From Candidatus Moanibacter sp. (GTDB lineage Bacteria > Verrucomicrobiota > Verrucomicrobiia > Opitutales > UBA2987), in NCBI GenBank assembly GCA_965215885.1, contig CBDCEW010000104.1, positions 64,001-128,000 on the forward strand: DNA of 64,000 nucleotides. Direction: 5' to 3'. The position numbers and the translations under genes were made by a program. The notes below the pieces were generated by a model. That model was not told the origin of the DNA. It saw only the letters and a list, made by a program, of their open reading frames with translations, and searched no databases. How positions within the stretch are numbered: the first letter of the stretch is position 1; each line of letters opens with the position of its first letter. Shown in pieces: positions 57,961 to 64,000 of the stretch.

Positions 57961-60302
57961 GCGGCCGCCTCCTTCAACCATACTTCGAGCTCATCAGTCG
58001 ATGCTATGGACTGGGCATTCTGGAGCTCTTCATCGAGAAGTTCGCGATATGAACCTTCCATAAAGCGCCGACAGTGCAAAAGAACCAGCGCTCTCTGTCC
58101 TGGAGCCCTAACGAGGCGGCCAAGTGCTTGGTTTATCTTGATCATGCCGGGTATCTGATAAACCTCACGGAAGGCTTCTTGTCGCGGTAGATGAGCGCGG
58201 TCATGCATCCTCTTGTCCTGCACCGCACTCACTTCGGGAAGGGCAGGTCCGACGACCATCGCACGTGAGACCCTGCCTCCCAATGAGTCGACACTTTCGG
58301 AAAAACTGCTTCCCAGCACGAGAAGGAGAACATCGGCGTCGAGGAGGGCGTTTTCCAGGAATCGATTTTGCTCGTTCAGATCCATGTTGCGAGGTTGCAA
58401 AATCGAGCGTATCTCCGGGAAAACCGTTCTTAGATGTTGGGCGATCGTTTCAGCGTAGCGAAAAGATGGAAAATATACGACAGCGGGTTCGGCGGTCTGT
58501 CGGCAGAGCAATGTGATTGTCTCCGCCGTTATTGGATAATACTTTCCTCTCTCTTTAAACCGCGTGTCTACTCGGGTGTCAATGGCCACGGTGTAGGCGT
58601 TCTTTCGCCAGGGAGCCTCGGCTCTGAAATAGACATATTCCTGGTTTGAGAGGCCACAGGTCTGCCGGAAGCAACCAATTGGTGCGAGGGTCGCTGACAT
58701 GAGAATTACCTGGCTGAACAATCCAAGAGTGGCGGCGATTTCTGGCGATGCGCTCAGACAGGTAAACCGAATCCTTTGTGATTGAGGGGTCCACAGAAGC
58801 TTGTCGATGTAGGGGCCAGCGAGAAATTCCAGAAGATCGATACACCTGTAAAGGGACACGTATGCCTGTGCTGAAAGAGATTCTGGATTTATCGGCGTGC
58901 TTTGAAGAGACTCAACGACCGCTTCCAGGATATCGATAAGTTCATATCGACGACAATCATCCAGTAGCTCCGCGCCCTCGATACGTTCAATGTAATCCAG
59001 AAAACACCTGAAGGCCGGGCCCAATTCTGCTCTGATTCCCGCATATTGCAGTTCGCCGTGTACATCTACGCCCTCTTGGAGAGTGTACTCGTAGGAAAAT
59101 GCTGCCGCTACGCGCCCCGGCAAATTGTGCGCTTCGTCGACCACGAGAAGCGTTTGTTCAGGATTGAAGCTGGGTTGCTGAAAGAAGACGTTTCGGCTGT
59201 GTGGGGAGAAGATGTAATTATAATCGCCTACCCAGAGGTCGGCGTAGGGTAATATAGCCCGCGATATCTCGTAAGGACAGATCCCATTTCGGCTGCCGAG
59301 TTCCTTAATTCGGCTAAGAGTCAAGGTTCCATTTTCAATCAGGTAAAAGGGTGATATGCCCGACTGTTTCCACCTCTCTTCAATATCGTGACGGCAGTCC
59401 AGTCCGTTCCCGCAGGAATGGAGTGGCGAATCGATTGCATGTTCAAGTCGATTTCGCATCTGAAAATACTGCAGCCCGCCTTGACCCGCTATCATCCCAT
59501 CCAGTTCTCGGATTGTCTGGATCTGTCCAGTGGATTTGCCGGTTAGATATACGATTCGTTCGCAATGGCCTTCGCGTAGTCGAGATAAAGCGAAATCGAG
59601 AACAATTCCCGTCTTTCCGAATCCGGTGGGAGCTTCAAATAGAATCTTTCCCTCCCTTTGGGCCAGGTCTGTCAACTGTTCACAGGTATCTTCCTGTCCA
59701 GGCCTCGGTCTCAAGTAGGGTCTCGCAAATTCGATATGCAGGAGACGCTGTTTCGCCTTCCAACGCTGTTTCACGAAATCAACAAGTGTTTCCAATTGAT
59801 AACGGAACTGCATGCCATCCCGTTCGTCGAGGACTACAGGCTGAATCAATCCAGAATTAATATCCACGAATACCAGTTCGCCCATGCGGTCCCGCGGATC
59901 TCCCCGGGGATCCAACCGTGCCAGAGCGAGGTACGATTCCAGTTGGACAAAGTAGGAGGGGTACGTTCTTCGAAGGATCGCTTCATCCTGCGGAAGATTC
60001 GAATCGATCGTCTTGATTTCCCTGAAATTGACCCGCTGGCCGGTCCTGACGATCTGATCGACTCTTCCTTGCAGCGCGATCGACCACCCTGAGTGCGTCA
60101 AGACTCCTTTTATCGGCACTTCGAATTCTGCCTGTTCAGAAGCCTCGATCGCTTGCCCCTGCAGGTCTTTATGCCACCGTTGGCCTATCTCTGCGCGCCA
60201 GCGTCCGGTTCGAGCCTTGGGGTAATCAGCGGGGCCGATTCTGAACTCGGCGAATTCCCGGACGCTCAGTTCGACTCTACGTTCATTCAGAACAAGCTGC
60301 AT
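57957..60302 (-). CDS. DinG/Rad3-family helicase with an N-terminal PD-(D/E)XK nuclease domain
   Basis: GRVD..EIKT..QL..Y; APTGFGKT, CPYE, DYNY, DEAH, QALGRLVR. Confidence 0.88.
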   Translation of the reverse strand: MQLVLNERRVELSVREFAEFRIGPADYPKARTGRWRAEIGQRWHKDLQGQAIEASEQAEFEVPIKGVLTHSGWSIALQGRVDQIVRTGQRVNFREIKTIDSNLPQDEAILRRTYPSYFVQLESYLALARLDPRGDPRDRMGELVFVDINSGLIQPVVLDERDGMQFRYQLETLVDFVKQRWKAKQRLLHIEFARPYLRPRPGQEDTCEQLTDLAQREGKILFEAPTGFGKTGIVLDFALSRLREGHCERIVYLTGKSTGQIQTIRELDGMIAGQGGLQYFQMRNRLEHAIDSPLHSCGNGLDCRHDIEERWKQSGISPFYLIENGTLTLSRIKELGSRNGICPYEISRAILPYADLWVGDYNYIFSPHSRNVFFQQPSFNPEQTLLVVDEAHNLPGRVAAAFSYEYTLQEGVDVHGELQYAGIRAELGPAFRCFLDYIERIEGAELLDDCRRYELIDILEAVVESLQSTPINPESLSAQAYVSLYRCIDLLEFLAGPYIDKLLWTPQSQRIRFTCLSASPEIAATLGLFSQVILMSATLAPIGCFRQTCGLSNQEYVYFRAEAPWRKNAYTVAIDTRVDTRFKERGKYYPITAETITLLCRQTAEPAVVYFPSFRYAETIAQHLRTVFPEIRSILQPRNMDLNEQNRFLENALLDADVLLLVLGSSFSESVDSLGGRVSRAMVVGPALPEVSAVQDKRMHDRAHLPRQEAFREVYQIPGMIKINQALGRLVRAPGQRALVLLHCRRFMEGSYRELLDEELQNAQSIASTDELEVWLKEAAA

Positions 60303-60322
60303 AATCCCGATTCTCGCCGGGA

Positions 60323-61174
60323 TCAATTATCGCGGGATTTAATCCAGTATTCCTTTATTTTCGGCATGACGAATAGCGAATCGGAAATATCGACATTGGC
60401 CTGGATAGAGTCATATTCAATGGTCTTGTAAACACCCAAATCGGCTGTGTATTCCCTACGCTGTTCCATCCATACATCATTCACTTTCTTTAATTTCTGG
60501 ACGTAATAGTCGGCGTAAACGGAAGCGCCGGCGAATTTTGCCGTAAAACCGTAGCGACGAACGAGAAAGTTCTTCGTATCGAAGTAATAGTAGACGAGGG
60601 GTCCATTTTTGATTTGAGCTCTTACCAGATAGGCCGGCGTGCTGTAGACTTTTGCTTTGCCATCGTAGGCGAAGGCGTGCCCTTTCTCCTTCCAGTCGAC
60701 AAGCGGTCCGTAAAAGTCGGCTTCCAAAGCGAATTCCTTTGCTTCCCCTTTGCCCATGAGCTTTGGCAGTTGCTTCTTCGGGGTGAATTCTTGAATCCAG
60801 GCGGTCTCGCCGTCATAGGCCCAAACGGTACGATAGTCTTGGCCTAATAGCCGGTAATGACGCTCAACCCGATACTTATTCGGGACTTTCCGGTACCACA
60901 ACATATTATAATATTTCTTTCCCTCCCGCAGCGTCCCTTTCTTTTTTGTCGACTTGATAGACTTGATCTTATCGATGCCGCCGCGGGATTTGTTGTGGTT
61001 CGCGATGATTTTCGCGGATGCAGCGTCCGAAACCTTCGGACCTACCTCTTTCTTACTGCTTTCCTGCTGCTCTTCTCCGTTTTCGGCTTCGGTTTGACCG
61101 TGGCTCACCATAGGCATGGCTGACAGCAAACACAAAAGACAGACAATGTAATTCACTTTGGTTTTGTATCCCAT
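60323..61174 (-). CDS. Secreted LolA-like / lipoprotein-sorting family protein
   Basis: Signal peptide, GG..K.K.IKS, PNKYR.E, YDGETAW, I..N..I.DSLF.MP. Confidence 0.7.
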   Translation of the reverse strand: MGYKTKVNYIVCLLCLLSAMPMVSHGQTEAENGEEQQESSKKEVGPKVSDAASAKIIANHNKSRGGIDKIKSIKSTKKKGTLREGKKYYNMLWYRKVPNKYRVERHYRLLGQDYRTVWAYDGETAWIQEFTPKKQLPKLMGKGEAKEFALEADFYGPLVDWKEKGHAFAYDGKAKVYSTPAYLVRAQIKNGPLVYYYFDTKNFLVRRYGFTAKFAGASVYADYYVQKLKKVNDVWMEQRREYTADLGVYKTIEYDSIQANVDISDSLFVMPKIKEYWIKSRDN

Positions 61175-61224
61175 TGTAATTAGTATGATGGTGGAAATAG
61201 GAAAGAATTGCAATTCTAAGACAC

Positions 61225-61303
61225 ATTGTAGTTGTATACCGCGCGCCACCCCGGCACAAGACCGAGGCAGCCAGCAATGGAAGGGATGACGCTAAACAGG
61301 CAC
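61225..61303. repeat. Half copy of composite palindromic element family 2
   Basis: GCGCCACCCCGGCACAAGACCGAGGCAGCCAGCAAT...ACGCTAAACAGGCAC. Confidence 0.75.
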
Positions 61304-61494
61304 CTAGCCCGAACATTTCACAAACCTTCTACTACGACGACGGATCTCACCGCGTGTCAAAGCCTTCCCTTGCCCGCCGACCTCAGAGGGTCTCAATCCC
61401 GGCAGGCCGGGATCGCCCGCCGTGCTGCGAAAAGGCACTGACACGCAACGATCTACGCCGTCTCGCTACGAAGTGTGTGAAATGTCCGGGCTAG
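61304..61494 (-). mobile_element. MITE family 1, copy 3 (inverted, 191 bp)
   Basis: CTAGCCCGAACATTTCACA...TGTGAAATGTCCGGGCTAG. Confidence 0.9.
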
Positions 61495-61518
61495 CTTGGA
61501 ATCGTCGCAACCGTTCTG

Positions 61519-62133
61519 CTAATCCACGAGAATGTCCGTATTTCCTGCCAGCCACCGTTTCAGGCTCTCAATTGTCAGCTCGGTCTCGTGTGAAGCCGCG
61601 CGCTGCTCTTGCAAGGGGAGTTTCAGGAGAGTCCTGGCCTTCTTCTGCTCTTCCTCGGGAATGTGTCGCAGCCAATCTTCCTTTACTGCATAGCCCTCTT
61701 CTCGCGCAAGCAGGTAGAGGATTTTGAAGTAGATAATCTCTGGACGTTGTCCGTTTTCCCAGTGCCGGAGGGCCTCCCTGAACAGTTCGTAGACAGTTTC
61801 GAATCTCTCCATGTGAATGAGGTTTATCTTCAAAATTCTGGCGAAGTCCGATGCGTAGAGCAGGCTAGGGTAGTGCCGACCGAGTCCTGAAGCCCGTTGT
61901 AGTACACGATACTCCTTTATAAACCACAGCTTATCCGATGAAGAGCTCTCTAGTTCAAGCTCCGCAAAATCGAGCAAGTCGGGCTGCGTTCGAGAATGAG
62001 GACTTCGAGATATTCGCTTCATGCAGTAGAGCAGTCCGTGCTCTCGAGAAAATATCGAGTAACGTCCAAAAGACTCGCCCGCAGATTCCTTACTTAGAAG
62101 TATCCCTTCCGTGGATAATTGCCTCTTTGGCAT
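61519..62133 (-). CDS. recO: DNA repair protein RecO
   Basis: TEGILL....GES.....FSREHGL OB-fold start; downstream of ybeY. Confidence 0.75.
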   Translation of the reverse strand: MPKRQLSTEGILLSKESAGESFGRYSIFSREHGLLYCMKRISRSPHSRTQPDLLDFAELELESSSSDKLWFIKEYRVLQRASGLGRHYPSLLYASDFARILKINLIHMERFETVYELFREALRHWENGQRPEIIYFKILYLLAREEGYAVKEDWLRHIPEEEQKKARTLLKLPLQEQRAASHETELTIESLKRWLAGNTDILVD

Positions 62134-62317
62134 TGGTAATTCGGGGGATCAGACGAGAATGGCTGCTAAGATTGAGAGCTCATCGCTCGCGAGCGAGCTT
62201 CCTACAACGAATGTAAGTTATTGTAGGAAGGCTGCTTGCGGCCGAAGAGGAACTGGCCGGATTTACCTTTGATACCCATTAATTTAGCCCTGTTCGGTTC
62301 AGACGACCAATCTTATC

Positions 62318-62818
62318 TTAATGCTGTCCAAGCCTGGCACTTTTTCGCGGCTTGAATGAGGGTAGGACTCCGGCGTCTAACACGCGTGCCAAGAGCTCTT
62401 TTTCCGCGGCGCGCATCAGCTTTTGCAAAGCTTCATCTTTGTCATCGAGGCCGCATAGGTGAAGCCAGCCATGAATTAGATAAAGTGTGAGCTCCTTCGA
62501 AACGGGCAAACCGCGCTCCCTCGACGAATTCTCGGCATAGTCCACCGATACACAGATTTCCCCTGCGCTATCCATATCCGAATCACCGGGGAACGTGATG
62601 ACGTCGGTAGGAGAGGAATCTCTCAGATACGTTTCGTGAACACCGGACAGTTCAGTCTCGGAGAGAAAAGCGATCGACAGCTCTCCCGGAGGTGCGTCAA
62701 AGTCCTCTTGCCGGTCGAGAAAGTGGAAGAGCTCGGCGATGGCCTTCTCCCTGAAATGGAGGCCACTATGCCGGTTGATTACCAGAATGGGACGAGGCTC
62801 TCTCTCTTGCTTCGGCAT
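62318..62818 (-). CDS. ybeY: rRNA maturation RNase YbeY
   Basis: PTDVITFP, GEICVS, IHGWLHLCGLDD. Confidence 0.93.
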   Translation of the reverse strand: MPKQEREPRPILVINRHSGLHFREKAIAELFHFLDRQEDFDAPPGELSIAFLSETELSGVHETYLRDSSPTDVITFPGDSDMDSAGEICVSVDYAENSSRERGLPVSKELTLYLIHGWLHLCGLDDKDEALQKLMRAAEKELLARVLDAGVLPSFKPRKSARLGQH

Positions 62819-64000
62819 ACGAGGCTGCTGCCTTGAGGGCTGACTTCGGGCGGCTCGGATGAGGAGTTTCGGAAGGTATCTTTTTGAATTTCCGGGCCCT
62901 TCTCCTGGTATCCTTTTGGACCTTTGACTGCGCGATCCTCTCGGCTTGAATTTGCTCCTTTTTTGACGGGTATACCAGTCGCGCGTGGAGCATATTTAAG
63001 AGGGTAAAGGAAAAGCTCTTTTTGATTTCCTTAACTTCCTCGAAGGTGAGTGGACAATCGGACAGCTGATTGTCATCAAGACGTTCTTGAAACATTTGGT
63101 CGAGCAGATCTTGGATCGACTGTGGAGTAACCTTCCTGAGACTGCGACTGGCCGCTTCTATGGAATCGGCGAAAAAGATGATCGCACTCTCCTTGAAACG
63201 CGGTTTCGGGCCGTCGTAGCGGTAGGTATTCTCATTGACCTTATCGAGTTCAATATTGGGCGCTCCCGGGAAAAAGGGCGGGGTTGAGCCCTTCTCCTTC
63301 TCTCGAAGTGCCTTATAGTAGAAGTACTGTATCAAGCTGGTACCGTGGTGCTGTTTGATGACGTCGACGATCAGTTTGGGAAGCTTGTAATCGTGGGCCA
63401 GATGGACGCCTTCCCTGACGTGACTCTTGATTACAAGTGCGCTCATCGAGGGATTTTTTTCAAGATGCGGGTTGACGCCCTGTTGCTGATTTTCCGTGAA
63501 GTAATCCGGCTTGATTGTCTTTCCAATATCATGGAAAAGGGAGCAGACTCTACAGGCCAGGGGGTTGGCCCCGACAGCAGCGGCGGCGTTTTCCGATAAG
63601 TTTGCCACCATCAAACTATGGTGATAGCTTCCAGGGGCCGCCACCTGCATACGCCGAAGGAGGGGATGGTTAAAGTCGGTGAGCTCGAGGAGGGAGATGT
63701 CCGTGGTCAATTTAAACAGATGTTCGAGGACCGGTAGAAAACCCACTACCGCAATACCGGTGACCACGCCTATGAACAGACTGACAAATATCTGCTCACC
63801 AATAGTAACGGAAGCGAGAACGTCGCGCAGGCCCAGGAAAAAAGCGCATACGGCAACACTGAGACCGGAAAACGCACCGGCGCGCACCACCCGGGCACGT
63901 ACCTGGACGTCGCGGCAGAAGTAAATACTGACGAGCGAGGAAAGAATTGACACAAGCAGTATGGTTATGGAACTGCCTTGCATAATAGAATTAAAAATAC
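62766..64000 (-). CDS. 7TM-HD (HDIG) phosphohydrolase, PgpH-like; 5' end outside the window
   Basis: APGSYHHS..VANL.E, FHDIGK, QHHGT, YDGPKP, ADSIEAASR. Confidence 0.92.
   Translation of the reverse strand, partial: IFNSIMQGSSITILLVSILSSLVSIYFCRDVQVRARVVRAGAFSGLSVAVCAFFLGLRDVLASVTIGEQIFVSLFIGVVTGIAVVGFLPVLEHLFKLTTDISLLELTDFNHPLLRRMQVAAPGSYHHSLMVANLSENAAAAVGANPLACRVCSLFHDIGKTIKPDYFTENQQQGVNPHLEKNPSMSALVIKSHVREGVHLAHDYKLPKLIVDVIKQHHGTSLIQYFYYKALREKEKGSTPPFFPGAPNIELDKVNENTYRYDGPKPRFKESAIIFFADSIEAASRSLRKVTPQSIQDLLDQMFQERLDDNQLSDCPLTFEEVKEIKKSFSFTLLNMLHARLVYPSKKEQIQAERIAQSKVQKDTRRRARKFKKIPSETPHPSRPKSALKAAASYAEARERASSHSGNQPA

Noticed and set aside
57957..60302. Type IV CRISPR DinG or Cas4 locus
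   Set aside because: Housekeeping context; no csf genes or array

Overview
Bacterial genomic window, probably Verrucomicrobiota/Opitutales; this is inferred from the style of the housekeeping genes and repeats and was not checked by search. It has two halves. (1) About 1-37 kb is an accessory mosaic. Unrelated catabolic genes (GH32-like, GH28-like, sulfatase, BNR sialidase-like, four PhyH dioxygenases, desaturase, AGE epimerase, Zn-ADH, PHP hydrolase, NatAB-like ABC exporter, LmtA-like methyltransferase) are butted together with clipped stubs of other genes (parD/parE, relE, adk, two VOC, PhyH, Ldh-like N-terminus, four-helix bundle). Several genes here are recent pseudogenes. This half also holds three IS elements: a DUF4338-ISAs1 that splits an SDR gene, a truncated IS4, and an intact two-ORF Mutator-like IS with a 9-bp target duplication inside a hairpin of a ~250-bp palindromic repeat element. 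(2) About 37.5-64 kb is mostly core backbone (psd, aminopeptidase P, rfaE1, gmhB, hemB, pyrD, tRNA-Leu(GAG), tsaE, thiL, nuclease-DinG helicase, recO, ybeY, 7TM-HD), with a PLP-enzyme/TenA/thiolase block at about 42.4-49.3 kb. At least four dispersed repeat or MITE families occur. I found no CRISPR array, integron integrase or reverse transcriptase. All calls come from motif recognition by eye; no database searches were run.
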